DNA of 64,000 bases from Pseudomonadota bacterium (GCA_003242685.2 QGVD02000008.1:17427-81426), one strand, 5' to 3'. Counted from the first letter of the stretch, positions 17,422 through 27,105 are shown. A program made the numbers and translations. The notes: generated by a model not told the origin, from the sequence alone.

Positions 17422-18324
17422 ATGTCGCGCAAGGTCCAGGTCCATCAGATCGACGCGTTCACGCGTACGCCTTTCACCGGCAATCCCGCGGGCGTGGTGC
17501 TCAATGCGGACGGTCTGGACGACGGACAGATGCTCGCCATCGCGCGCGAGCTCAACAACGCGGACACTGCCTTCGTGCTCGCGCCCGACGGTTCCGATCA
17601 CGATCTGCGCGTGCGCTTCTTCACGCCGCGCACCGAAGCGGGCTTCGTGGGTCATGCGACCATCGCCGCACACTACGTGCTCACCCGCCGCAGGGACGCG
17701 CCCACGAGGCTGCGGCAGAAGTCGAAGGCGGGAATCGTGGACGTGGAAATACGCGGCAGCGGCGACGAGCGGCGCGTGGCGATCCGCCAGAGCTGTCCGC
17801 CGATCGGCCGCGAGCTCAACGACCGCGAGCGGCTCGCCGTGCTCGATGCGCTCGCGCTGGCCTCGGACGATCTCGATACGCGCTGCCCGCTGCGCATCGT
17901 CGGCTCCTCGAGCACGCGGCTCATGGTCGGCGTGCGCGGCCCCGAGCAGCTCAAGCAGCTTCGACCCGACTTCAACCGGCTCACTACGCTGTCCGCGCAG
18001 ATCGGCGCCGCCGGCTATTTCGTGTTCACTCTGGCGCCGAGTGCACCCGACTGTCTCACCGAATCGCGCATGTTCTGTCCGGCGCTCGGTATCCCCGAGG
18101 ATCCCGTGAGCGGCAACGCGCACGGCATGCTCGGTGTGTATCTCGCGCATCGCGGGCTGCTCCAGCACGACGGCGAGCGCGCGTCCTTCAGCGGCATCCA
18201 GGGACACTTCCTGCACCGTCCCGGCAGAGTCGAGGTCGAGCTCGAATTCCGCGACGGCAGCATCGAGGCCGTGTGGATCATCGGCCAGGCGGTCGCGATC
18301 TTCGAAACGGAGATCACGCTGTAG
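17422..18324 (+). CDS. PhzF-family isomerase-like protein
   Basis: MSRKVQVHQIDAFTRTPFTGNPAGVVLNADGL...NNADTAFVL... Confidence 0.8.
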   Translation: MSRKVQVHQIDAFTRTPFTGNPAGVVLNADGLDDGQMLAIARELNNADTAFVLAPDGSDHDLRVRFFTPRTEAGFVGHATIAAHYVLTRRRDAPTRLRQKSKAGIVDVEIRGSGDERRVAIRQSCPPIGRELNDRERLAVLDALALASDDLDTRCPLRIVGSSSTRLMVGVRGPEQLKQLRPDFNRLTTLSAQIGAAGYFVFTLAPSAPDCLTESRMFCPALGIPEDPVSGNAHGMLGVYLAHRGLLQHDGERASFSGIQGHFLHRPGRVEVELEFRDGSIEAVWIIGQAVAIFETEITL

Positions 18325-18364
18325 TGCCGGGCCGGCGGAACGCAGCGGTGCAGGGACCGATCGC

Positions 18365-18697
18365 GTGAACGAGCCTTGCTTCGAGCGCATCCTGCCGCTC
18401 GACGAGCTGCGGCCGGGACGCATGCACGCGTGCAGGATCGGAACGCGGGAGGTCGTGATCTGCCGTACGGACGAGGGCGTCTTCGCGCTCGACGACATCT
18501 GCACACACGCCGAGGCGCGCATGAGCGAGGGGCGGCTGCGCGGAACGCGGCTCGTCTGCCCGCTCCACGGTGCGGTCTTCGACGTGCGCGACGGGCGCGT
18601 TCTCAAGGGACCGGCGGTACGGTCGCTCGGAACCCACGCCGTGCGCATTCGCGACGGCGCGATCGAGGTCGCGGTGGATTCGGGACCGGACGCCTGA
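18365..18697 (+). CDS. Rieske [2Fe-2S] ferredoxin-type protein
   Basis: CTHAEARMSEG...CPLHGAVF (CxH...CxxH). GTG 18365, 110 aa. Confidence 0.8.
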   Translation: MNEPCFERILPLDELRPGRMHACRIGTREVVICRTDEGVFALDDICTHAEARMSEGRLRGTRLVCPLHGAVFDVRDGRVLKGPAVRSLGTHAVRIRDGAIEVAVDSGPDA

Positions 18698-18717
18698 CGG
18701 AAGCGCGCGGTGCGTCC

Positions 18718-19251
18718 TCAGCCACCGCGGTCGTCGGGCTGAAGCAGCTTGCGATACTCGACCGCGCGCTGCCGGTAGTGCTCGCCCGCGTGCGCGATCA
18801 TGGCGAGATCGCGCTCGGTCACCCTGCGCACGATCTGGCCCGGGACTCCCATGACGACCGACCCGTCGGGAATCTCCTTTCCGGGCGGGATCAGCGCGCC
18901 GGCGGCGATGACGCAGTTGCGCCCGATGCGCACGCCGTCGAGCACCAGCGCGCCGTTCGCGATCAGCGTGTCGTCGTCGACCGTGCAGCCGTGGAGGAAC
19001 ACCCGATGCCCGATGGTGACGTTGCGGCCGATCCGCACGGGCACTCCGGGATCGGTGTGAATGACGGTGCCATCCTGAACGTTCGTCCCCTCACCCACGA
19101 TGATCCAGTCGGAATCTCCCCGCAGCACGCTGTTGAACCAGACGCTGGCGCCCCGGCCCAGCCTCACCCACCCGATGAGCTGCGCACCCGGCGCCACGTA
19201 GTAATCGTCGCCCTCGGTTTCGACCCGCTTGTCCCCGAGCCGCCAGAACAT
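18718..19251 (-). CDS. gamma-carbonic-anhydrase-family / left-handed beta-helix protein (YrdA/PaaY-like)
   Basis: Hexapeptide repeats. ...VLRGDSDWIIVGEGTNVQDGTVIHTD...IGHRVFLHGCTV... Confidence 0.85.
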   Translation of the reverse strand: MFWRLGDKRVETEGDDYYVAPGAQLIGWVRLGRGASVWFNSVLRGDSDWIIVGEGTNVQDGTVIHTDPGVPVRIGRNVTIGHRVFLHGCTVDDDTLIANGALVLDGVRIGRNCVIAAGALIPPGKEIPDGSVVMGVPGQIVRRVTERDLAMIAHAGEHYRQRAVEYRKLLQPDDRGG

Positions 19252-19309
19252 TCCGAGCTCTCCTGCAACCGCGCGGATGAGGAATCAGTGGTTCCCGGAT
19301 GGCAATAAC

Positions 19310-19338
19310 GGTGACGGCCCGCCGTGCGGGCCGTCACC
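19310..19338 (-). terminator. intrinsic terminator hairpin (12-bp perfect stem GGTGACGGCCCG / CGGGCCGTCACC, 5-nt loop)
   Basis: 42 nt downstream of the stop at 19380. Followed on the minus strand by GTTATTGCC. Confidence 0.6.
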
Positions 19339-19379
19339 GCGAAGCCGGAACGCCGCGCCGGGAATCGCGCCGCGCGTGA

Positions 19380-19838
19380 TCACTTCTTGCGGCGCGCGGC
19401 GGTCTTCGTGCGCCGTGCCGTCGTCCTGCGCGCCGTACGCGAAGCGGACTTCCTGGCAGCCTTCTTGCGTGCACCCCGTCTGGCGGCACCGGAACGACCG
19501 CGGGAGGTCGCCGCCGACTTGCCGCGGCGCGCGGTCTTCGTCACGCGTCTGGCTGCGCCGCCGGCACGCCTGGTGCGCGCTGCGCGCGTGGCCTTCTTCT
19601 TCGCCGTCTTGCGCGAGCGGGAGGCTGCCCGCGACCGGGCACTCTTCCGGGCGCTCGCCTTGCGCCGCGGAGTCGAAGCCGCAGGCGTAGGCGCGGGTGC
19701 GGGCTGTTCGGCCGGACGTGCGCTCGTCTCGTTCTGCTCAGTCGTCGCCGGTGTCTCGGCTGCCGGCGGATTGGGTGGTGTTTCCGCCGCAGCTTCCAGA
19801 CTCTGTGCGACGGGCGTGGTCTCGTGCCTGAGATTCAT
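19380..19838 (-). CDS. histone H1/AlgP-like highly basic protein
   Basis: 152 aa. Pro/Ala/Thr/Glu-rich N-terminus, then about 95 aa of Arg/Lys/Ala repeats (ARKSARSRAASRSRKTAKKKATRAARTRR...). GGGAGG RBS 8 nt before ATG 19838. Confidence 0.7.
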   Translation of the reverse strand: MNLRHETTPVAQSLEAAAETPPNPPAAETPATTEQNETSARPAEQPAPAPTPAASTPRRKASARKSARSRAASRSRKTAKKKATRAARTRRAGGAARRVTKTARRGKSAATSRGRSGAARRGARKKAARKSASRTARRTTARRTKTAARRKK

Positions 19839-19927
19839 CTTGTGCAACCTCCCGTGTTCTGGGGTGTCCCCGCGCGTGATTCTGCTCCTCATGCGCGCGC
19901 GACCGCTACTGCCTCCGACGCTTTCAA

Positions 19928-21166
19928 TCAATGACCGGGAACGAATTGCGCGGGATCGATGCCGCTTCCCGGCGCCGGCTCGGGCACGTGGTCGCGCGCG
20001 GCGCGGATGACGAGATTGGGAATGCGCGTTTCGTCCCAGTCGCTTCGTGCCGGCGCGCCGCCGCCCGTGCGCAGGATGGCTATCCGGAGCGAAGGGACGA
20101 CCCAGAGCCGGTGGCCGCCCGTGGCGGCGAGAAAGAACGCGTCGTCCGCGGCGAAGGGTTCGGCAGCCCGACCGAGCATCGGATTCTTTCCCGCATCCGT
20201 CTCCGAAACCGACGCGCCGAGCCACACCTGCATCCCGAATCCCGCAAACCCGGGCGCCGGCTCGCGCATGCGGCGCACCCATCCGGGCGGCAGCAGCTCC
20301 CCGGCCAGATAGACGCCGTCGTCCGCCAGCGCCTGACCGAGCCGGATCCAGTCGCCCTGCCGCGCGAGCAGACAGCAGGTCGCATGGGCGTAACCCGCGG
20401 GTCGATCGATCCACACCTCGGCGTCCGCCGCGCCGAGCCGTCTCCAGAGCCGGTCGGAAAGGTATTCGGCGAACCGCATACCGGTAGCCCGTTCGAGGAT
20501 CAGCGCCAGGAGCTGCGGATCGGAGCGCTTGTAGGCCCATGTTTCTCCGGGTGTCCCCGCCAGCGGGCGGCGCAGATGGACCGCCGCGATGTCGCTTCCC
20601 AGCCTTTCGCGGACGCCGTCCGACCAGGGCAGGAGCGTTTCCGAGGAAGGCGCGAGCCCGCTCGACATGTTGAGGAGCTGCCGCACGGTGATGGCGCCTC
20701 GCGCATCGTCGCGCCACTCGGTGAGGAAGCTCGCCACCGGCTCATCGAGTGAGCGGATCCTGCCCTCCCCGATCGCGATGCCGACGGCGAGAGCCGTCAG
20801 CGTCGCCGCGAGCTCGCGCGCATCCACCACGGTGTCGAAGCCCGTGCCCTGCCAGTAGCGCTCGAAGACGATGTGCCCGCCGCGGCTCACGATCAGCGCG
20901 CGTGAGCCGTGCGCGCCGGCGTAATCGGCTGCCGCCTCCAGCGCGGCGCGCTCGAGGCTCTCCTCCTCGGGCGTCACGGCCGGAGGCCGGGGCTCTTCTC
21001 TGCCGGCAATCCTCTCCCGGGGCGCGTAATGCTCGGGAGAAAGCTCGAACGCAGGAGATCCGAGCAGGGCGAGATACCGCCCCCAGAACACGCGATCGCG
21101 GGCATGAAGTGCGAATGCGGCGGCAATTCCCGCGAGAACGAGGCCCGCGAGGATTCGCCACTTCAT
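19928..21166 (-). CDS. beta-lactamase/serine-hydrolase-fold protein lacking the SxxK nucleophile motif
   Basis: MKWRILAGLVLAGIAAAFAL... The fold-typical stretch reads VVDARELAATLTALAVGIAIGEGRIRSLDEPV, with ELAA where SxxK is expected. ATGA overlap with the upstream ATPase gene. Confidence 0.7.
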   Translation of the reverse strand: MKWRILAGLVLAGIAAAFALHARDRVFWGRYLALLGSPAFELSPEHYAPRERIAGREEPRPPAVTPEEESLERAALEAAADYAGAHGSRALIVSRGGHIVFERYWQGTGFDTVVDARELAATLTALAVGIAIGEGRIRSLDEPVASFLTEWRDDARGAITVRQLLNMSSGLAPSSETLLPWSDGVRERLGSDIAAVHLRRPLAGTPGETWAYKRSDPQLLALILERATGMRFAEYLSDRLWRRLGAADAEVWIDRPAGYAHATCCLLARQGDWIRLGQALADDGVYLAGELLPPGWVRRMREPAPGFAGFGMQVWLGASVSETDAGKNPMLGRAAEPFAADDAFFLAATGGHRLWVVPSLRIAILRTGGGAPARSDWDETRIPNLVIRAARDHVPEPAPGSGIDPAQFVPGH

Positions 21167-22734
21167 CTCCGCACCGGCCCGCAGTACACCGCCCGGCCGT
21201 CCGCGAGCTCGAGCTCGTGCGACGTGCACGACGGCCATTCCGAGCGGTGGTGAGTCGCCATGACGATCGCGGCACCGCGGGCGGCAAGAGCCTCGAGCGC
21301 ACGTGCGAGCACGCGGCGCGTCGGCGTGTCGACACCGGCGAACGGCTCGTCGAGCAGCAGCAGCCGCGGCCGGGTCGTCCAGGCGCGAGCGAAGAGCACC
21401 CGGCGGAGCTGCCCGTAGGACAGCTCGCGCAGCGTGCGGCCGGCGAAGGACGTGAGCTCGAATTCCTCGAGCGCGCGGCGGGCGGCCGCGCGGTCGGCCG
21501 AGCTCGGTCTCTCCGCGAGGCCCACGCTCGCGTGGCGGCCCGACAGCACGACTTCGTCGACCGTGAGCTGCTGCGGATACTCCGCCTGCAGATGAGGCGC
21601 GATGAGCCCGACGCGACGCTTGAAGCGCTCGAGCGGGACACCGGGCTCGATCCCGGCACGCTCGATCCGGCCGCCGGACGCGACGCCGTGATCCCCGTAG
21701 ATCGTCCTGAGCAGCGTCGTCTTGCCCGCGCCGTTCGCGCCGTGCACGACCCAGCACTCGCCGCAGCGCACTTCCATCGAGATCCGATCGAGGATGCGGT
21801 GACCGTCCGCGTACACCGAAGCGTTCCGCAGACGGACGAGCACGCTGCCGCTCTTTCTCGGAGTCGTCGTGATCTCCCTGCGCGCCGTCGCACGCTTCGC
21901 ATCCGGCGACTTCGCCCGGCGGCGAGGCGCCGCCTCATGCGATCCGAGCCAGCGCTCGAGCGGCGCACGCTCGATGCTCCCGCGATAGACGACGCGGCCC
22001 TGCTCGAGCACGAGGGCATGCGTCGCGCTGCGCGGCACGTCCTCGTGTCGGTGCGTGGCGAGCACCCAGGGCAGCGCCGAACGTGCGCTTCCCTCGAGCC
22101 ACGCGAGCGCGCGCAGCCGGTTCTCCGCATCGAGGCCGTTCAGCAGCTCGTCGAGGAGCAGCAGCTTCGGGCGGCTCGCGAGCGCACGCGCGAGAAGCGT
22201 CAGCCGGCGCTCACCGTATGAAAGCGTGAGGAATCGCCGCGGCGCGAGCGAGTCGATGCCGAGACGCGAGAGCAGCTTCGCGATGGTCCCGCGATCCGCG
22301 GCCGTGAGCGCATCGAGCGGGATGTCCGTGCGGTGGAGCCCCGTGCCGACGATCTGCTCGACCGTGTGATTCCAGCCGTAGCGCTCGTACCGGTCCTGCC
22401 GCTCGGGACCGAGATACGCGATCTCCTCCTGGACCTCCTGAGGCGTACTCCACGCGCGTCCCTTCCAGTGCCAGGCAATGGAGCCTTCGCCAGGCGTCGG
22501 CCACACGGATCCCGCGAGCATCTTGAGGAGCTGCGTCTTCCCGGCGCCGTTTCCGCCGGCCAGGATCCAGCGCTCGCCCGGACGGATCGTCCAGTCGATG
22601 TCCTTCAGCACCCGCCGTTCCGCGCGCACGAGGCCGATCCGGGCGAGCCGGACGCCGACGTACGGCGACGGACGCTCCGAGATCGAGGGCGGCGATCGCC
22701 CCGACCGCCCGCTCACGCGCGACATACCGTCCAC
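21163..22734 (-). CDS. ModF-like ABC ATPase with two nucleotide-binding domains and no membrane domain
   Basis: Walker A GGNGAGKT and GANGAGKT. Signatures LSYGERRL and LSYGQLRR. Start 22734 or 22725 overlaps the end of the upstream MBL gene. Confidence 0.8.
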   Translation of the reverse strand: MDGMSRVSGRSGRSPPSISERPSPYVGVRLARIGLVRAERRVLKDIDWTIRPGERWILAGGNGAGKTQLLKMLAGSVWPTPGEGSIAWHWKGRAWSTPQEVQEEIAYLGPERQDRYERYGWNHTVEQIVGTGLHRTDIPLDALTAADRGTIAKLLSRLGIDSLAPRRFLTLSYGERRLTLLARALASRPKLLLLDELLNGLDAENRLRALAWLEGSARSALPWVLATHRHEDVPRSATHALVLEQGRVVYRGSIERAPLERWLGSHEAAPRRRAKSPDAKRATARREITTTPRKSGSVLVRLRNASVYADGHRILDRISMEVRCGECWVVHGANGAGKTTLLRTIYGDHGVASGGRIERAGIEPGVPLERFKRRVGLIAPHLQAEYPQQLTVDEVVLSGRHASVGLAERPSSADRAAARRALEEFELTSFAGRTLRELSYGQLRRVLFARAWTTRPRLLLLDEPFAGVDTPTRRVLARALEALAARGAAIVMATHHRSEWPSCTSHELELADGRAVYCGPVRR

Positions 22735-23582
22735 AGATCTCCGTCACGCATGCAGCGGCCTTCCCTTTCGAGCTTGATGAGGTGCGCCTCGAGCGAGGAG
22801 CGGGCCAGCCGGTGCAGCCACGTGTTCTTGTCCTGGTACACGAGCGCGAGGAGCGCATCGAGACTGGCGCGCCCTGCCTGCTCGAGCGCGGCGAGAACCT
22901 TCGCCTCGCGCCGCAGGCGGTGAGCGATGACGCCGTCGATGACCGCGAGCGGATCGCCGAGCAGCCGGCCGTGTCCCGGTGCGATCGCGCGCAGCGGGTA
23001 GTCACGGAGGCGCCGCAGGGATTCGAGATAGGCCGCCATGTCGCCGTCCGGCGGCGGGATCACGGGCGTGACACCGTCGAGCAGGTGATCGCCTGAGAAC
23101 AACAGGCCCTGCTCCTCGAGCACGTAGCAGACGTGATTCGACGCATGCCCCGGAGTGTCCACGGCGCGCAGTGTCAGCCCCTCGAGCGCGAAGCACTGAT
23201 CCCGCTGCGGCTTCACGTCGGGCACGAAGGTCTCGTCCTGGTGCTCCCCTCGAGGTGCAGGCAGGCCGACGAGCAGCGCACCCGAGCTTTCCGCGAGCGG
23301 CCGCGCCCCAGGCGAGTGGTCGGGATGCGTATGTGTCACGAAGACGTGCGTGAGGCGCGGCGCCGCCTGCCGGATCGCGGCCAGATGCTCCGGCGCCGCT
23401 GGGCCCGGATCGATGACGGCCGTGGGAGGCTCGCCCAGCAGGAAGGTGTTCGTTCCGGGACCGGTCAGGGGCGAGGCGTTCGGCGCCACGAGCCTGTGCA
23501 CTCCCGGAGCGAGGCGGACGAGCCGCCCGGGCTCGAATTCACTCATGCTCTCGAGGCTGACGAGACGAAGCTGAATGCGCAC
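22713..23582 (-). CDS. MBL-fold metallo-hydrolase
   Basis: THTHPDHSPG (HxHxDH). Alternative start ATG 23546 (MSEFEPG...). Confidence 0.8.
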   Translation of the reverse strand: MRIQLRLVSLESMSEFEPGRLVRLAPGVHRLVAPNASPLTGPGTNTFLLGEPPTAVIDPGPAAPEHLAAIRQAAPRLTHVFVTHTHPDHSPGARPLAESSGALLVGLPAPRGEHQDETFVPDVKPQRDQCFALEGLTLRAVDTPGHASNHVCYVLEEQGLLFSGDHLLDGVTPVIPPPDGDMAAYLESLRRLRDYPLRAIAPGHGRLLGDPLAVIDGVIAHRLRREAKVLAALEQAGRASLDALLALVYQDKNTWLHRLARSSLEAHLIKLEREGRCMRDGDLWTVCRA

Positions 23583-23707
23583 CGCCTGGCCGGCCGGCCA
23601 CTTCGCGGATGCGTCCTGCGGGAGAGCTTAGCGGTCCGTTCGCGGCATCCGCAATGTGCGCCGTCCGTCATTGGGCCGCTCCGGTGCGCATGGCAAGATG
23701 GCCTCCG

Positions 23708-24625
23708 ATGCACGCGCGACTGTTCCTGCCTCGCTACTGGCCCACGTGGCTGGGCCTCGCCATCCTGCGTACGCTGGTGCTGCTGCCCTTTCCATGGCTG
23801 CTCGCGCTCGGCCGCGGCCTGGGGCGCGTGCTGCGCCGCCTGCCGCTCGATTTCGTGCACACGGCACGGCGGAACATCGAGCTGTGCCTGCCCGAGCTTG
23901 GGGCCAAAGAGCGTGAGGCGCTGCTCGCCCGGCACTTCGAGAGCCTCGGCATCGCCCTCTTCGAGACCGCGCTCTCCTGGTGGGCGCCCCGCGAGCGGAT
24001 CGCGCGCCTCGCTCGCCTCGAAGGCCTCGAGCATCTCGAGCGCGCGCTCGAGCGCGGGCGCGGCGCCATTCTGCTCAGCGCCCATTTCACGACGCTCGAG
24101 ATCGGGGCGCGCGTGCTCGCCGACGCGGTTCCGCTCAACATCATGTACCGGCCCACGCGCAACGAGCTCCTCACCTACTTCCTCGACCGCAACCGTGCGC
24201 GGCGCACGCGTCGCGCGATCCCGCGCGATGACGTCCGCACGCTCATCAGTGCGCTGCGTGCCAACGAGCCGGTCTGGTATGCGCCGGATCAGAGCTACCG
24301 GAAGAAAGGCGCGGAGATGGTGCCGCTCTTCGGCATTCCTGCGGCGACGAACACCGCGACCTCGCGCATCGCGCGCATGACCGGCGCGGTCGTGCTGCCG
24401 TACTTCCAGGAGCGGCTGCCCGGCACGGCCGGCTACCGCGCCGTGATCCATCCGCCGCTCGAGGACTTCCCGAGCGATTCGCCTGCGGCGGACGCGGCGC
24501 GCTTCAACCGGCTGATCGAGGAGCAGGTGCGCCGCGTGCCCGATCAGTACCTGTGGATCCACCGGCGCTTCAAGGGGCTCACGGACGACTATCCCGATCA
24601 CTATGCGCGCCGCATCGAGGCGTGA
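23708..24625 (+). CDS. lpxL: lipid A biosynthesis lauroyl/myristoyl acyltransferase
   Basis: LFLPRYWPTWLG...NIELCLPE...LLSAHFTTLEIGAR...WYAPDQSY...QYLWIHRRFK parallels E. coli LpxL. Alternative ATG 23690. Confidence 0.85.
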   Translation: MHARLFLPRYWPTWLGLAILRTLVLLPFPWLLALGRGLGRVLRRLPLDFVHTARRNIELCLPELGAKEREALLARHFESLGIALFETALSWWAPRERIARLARLEGLEHLERALERGRGAILLSAHFTTLEIGARVLADAVPLNIMYRPTRNELLTYFLDRNRARRTRRAIPRDDVRTLISALRANEPVWYAPDQSYRKKGAEMVPLFGIPAATNTATSRIARMTGAVVLPYFQERLPGTAGYRAVIHPPLEDFPSDSPAADAARFNRLIEEQVRRVPDQYLWIHRRFKGLTDDYPDHYARRIEA

Positions 24626-26169
24626 TGCCGCAGGCGCCCTCAACGAAAGTCGGGAGCTGCGACCTGCTCGTGGTCGGCGGCGGCATCAACGGCACCGGCA
24701 TCGCGCGCGATGCGGCCGGCCGCGGCCTCTCCGTGATCCTCTGCGAGCAGCACGATCTGGCCGCGCATACGTCGTCGGCCAGCACCAAGCTGATCCATGG
24801 CGGACTGCGCTATCTCGAGCACGGGCAGTTCGCCCTCGTGCGCAAGGCGCTCGAGGAGCGCGAGGTTCTCCTCGGGCTCGCGCCTCACATCATGTGGCCG
24901 CTGCGCTTCGTGATGCCGCACGATGCGCATCTGCGTCCTGCATGGATGATCCGCGCGGGTCTCCTGCTCTACGACCACCTCGCCCGCAGGCGCCGTCTGC
25001 CGCGCTCCGCCGCGATCGATCTGAGGAGGCACCCGGCCGGCGTGCCGCTCGATCCGCGCTTCGAGCGCGGCTTCATCTATTCGGACGGCTGGGTGGACGA
25101 CTCGAGGCTCGTCGTGCTGAACGCGCTCGATGCCGCGAAACGCGGCGCGCTCGTGCTCACCCGTACGCGCTGCGTACGCATCGAACGTCAGGGCGGCAGG
25201 TGGTCGGCGCTTCTGGAAGAAGAAGGCGGCGTCCGTCGCACCGTGGAGGCACGCGCGGTCGTCAACGCGGCAGGCCCGTGGGTCGGTCGTTTCCTCACCG
25301 AGAGCACACCGGTCCGTTCCGGACGTGCGGTGCGCCTGGTCAAGGGCAGCCACATCGTCGTGCCGCGACTGTTCGAGCACCGTTTCGCGTACATCTTCCA
25401 GAACGTCGACCGGCGCATCGTCTTCGCGCTGCCCTACGAACGCGAGTTCACGCTCGTCGGCACCACGGAAGTCGAATACGCGGGCGAGCCCGCGGCGGCA
25501 CACATCGACCCCGACGAAGTGCGCTATCTGTGCGCAACGGTGAACCGCTGCTTCGTGAGGAAATGCAGCCCCGAAGACGTCGTGTGGACGTACTCGGGCG
25601 TGCGGCCTCTGCTCGACGACGAATCGAGTGATCCATCGAGCGTCACCCGCGACTACGCGCTCGAGCTCGATGCGGCCGGCGCACCGCTCCTGTCCGTCTT
25701 CGGTGGAAAGCTGACGACCTACCGGCGCCTCGCCGAAGAGGCCGTCGACCGGCTCGCGCCGATCCTCGGCTGCCGCGCACCGCGCTGGACGGCGCAGGCG
25801 ACGTTGCCGGGCGGAGACCTGCCCGGGGGCAGCTTCGCCGTGTTCCTGCGCAGCGTCGCGCGCCGTTATCCGTGGCTGCCGCATCCGCTTTCCGTGCGGC
25901 TCGCCCGCGCGTACGGCACGCGCATCGACGAGCTGCTCGACGGCGCGCGGTCGCTCGAGGATCTCGGCGAGGAAGTGCTGCCGCAGCTCCATGCGCGCGA
26001 GATCGAGTTCCTCTGGAAGACGGAATGGGCGCGCACGTCGGAGGACATCCTGTGGCGGCGGAGCAAGCTCGGACTGCACGCGCCACCGGACGGGCTCAAG
26101 CGGCTCGACGCCTGGCTCGCGGCGCGCTTCCCGTCCCGATCCCGCGACTTCGCGACCTGCGGCGTGTGA
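24625..26169 (+). CDS. glpD: aerobic glycerol-3-phosphate dehydrogenase
   Basis: DLLVVGGGINGTGIARDAAGRGLSV...SSASTKLIHGGLRYLE. ATG overlaps the lpxL stop (GTGATG). Confidence 0.9.
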   Translation: MPQAPSTKVGSCDLLVVGGGINGTGIARDAAGRGLSVILCEQHDLAAHTSSASTKLIHGGLRYLEHGQFALVRKALEEREVLLGLAPHIMWPLRFVMPHDAHLRPAWMIRAGLLLYDHLARRRRLPRSAAIDLRRHPAGVPLDPRFERGFIYSDGWVDDSRLVVLNALDAAKRGALVLTRTRCVRIERQGGRWSALLEEEGGVRRTVEARAVVNAAGPWVGRFLTESTPVRSGRAVRLVKGSHIVVPRLFEHRFAYIFQNVDRRIVFALPYEREFTLVGTTEVEYAGEPAAAHIDPDEVRYLCATVNRCFVRKCSPEDVVWTYSGVRPLLDDESSDPSSVTRDYALELDAAGAPLLSVFGGKLTTYRRLAEEAVDRLAPILGCRAPRWTAQATLPGGDLPGGSFAVFLRSVARRYPWLPHPLSVRLARAYGTRIDELLDGARSLEDLGEEVLPQLHAREIEFLWKTEWARTSEDILWRRSKLGLHAPPDGLKRLDAWLAARFPSRSRDFATCGV

Positions 26170-26299
26170 ACTGCCTCGCAGTTTGGCAAGCGTGGCGGTC
26201 CGCTCGACACCGGCCCTGCGCGGCCGCGTGCTAGCGTTCCGCCGAGGAGTGTCGAATCGGGCGTGCATCGCACGCCATCCGGTTGGGGTCAACGCTGCG

Positions 26300-27022
26300 A
26301 TGTCCGACCCGGTGCTCGCTGCGCTCATTGCCGCGACTGCGACCGTCATCACGTCGCTGCTGCAGCTCAAGGCCTCGCTCGCCAGGGAAATCGCCGCTCG
26401 TGCTCAATCGAGCGCGGGACGCCGCCGCAACCGCACGACTTTCGTGCTCGCCGCCCTTGCGCTCGCCGCGACCGGCGCCGGCGGCTTTGCGCTCGCGCGC
26501 TGGATGGGCGAACGCGAGGCTCACGCGCAGAAGGAGCTGCAGCAGGAGCTGCGGGCGCGCATCGCCGATCTGCAGCAGACCGTCGATGCGCTCGGAAAGA
26601 CGCGCGAGGAGATGCGCCCGGTGCTGGAGTTCGAACTGCTGCGGCGTCAGGGCGAAACGGGCGCGTCGGTTTCCGCGACCGTCGATCGCTGCCGGTCCCT
26701 CACTCTGCCGGTGCTCACAGACGACACTCTCGATGCGCCCGCCGGATGCTCCGAAGCCGAAGCGTCGCGCATCGAGCTCTGTGTCTCGGTTCCCGCCTCC
26801 GCGACCGTCACTTCGGTCGAGCTCCATGCCGGACCGGCGGAAACCGCAGCGTCCCAGGCGGAGCAGCTCGTCGTGCCAGGTGAAGACATCGGCGGCGGAC
26901 GCTTCGACGCCGCGCATCGCGAGCGCCTCGAAGGCGAGCTGAAGTACGTCTGTCAGACCTACACCCACTGGTCCAGCGAGTCCGGACGCAGCGTTCGCGC
27001 TCTCGTGCGTTACACGCCCTGA
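26300..27022 (+). CDS. hypothetical N-terminally anchored protein with coiled-coil segment
   Basis: MSDPVLAALIAATATVITSLL..., a second hydrophobic segment, then QKELQQELRARIADLQQTVDAL. Four Cys in the C-terminal domain. No family recognised. Confidence 0.5.
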   Translation: MSDPVLAALIAATATVITSLLQLKASLAREIAARAQSSAGRRRNRTTFVLAALALAATGAGGFALARWMGEREAHAQKELQQELRARIADLQQTVDALGKTREEMRPVLEFELLRRQGETGASVSATVDRCRSLTLPVLTDDTLDAPAGCSEAEASRIELCVSVPASATVTSVELHAGPAETAASQAEQLVVPGEDIGGGRFDAAHRERLEGELKYVCQTYTHWSSESGRSVRALVRYTP

Positions 27023-27052
27023 CGCCGCGGGCGAGGTTCTACCCCGCCTCCA

Positions 27053-27068
27053 GGGCACGGAACTTGCA
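27053..27068 (+). promoter_or_regulatory. candidate sigma54 promoter GGGCACG-GAAC-TTGCA
   Basis: Matches TGGCACG-N4-TTGCW at 15 of 16 informative positions. The -12 GC lies about 40 nt before ATG 27106. Confidence 0.5.
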
Positions 27069-27105
27069 CCTTCCGAGCCCGAAAACCTTCATCAGGAGAG
27101 AATCG

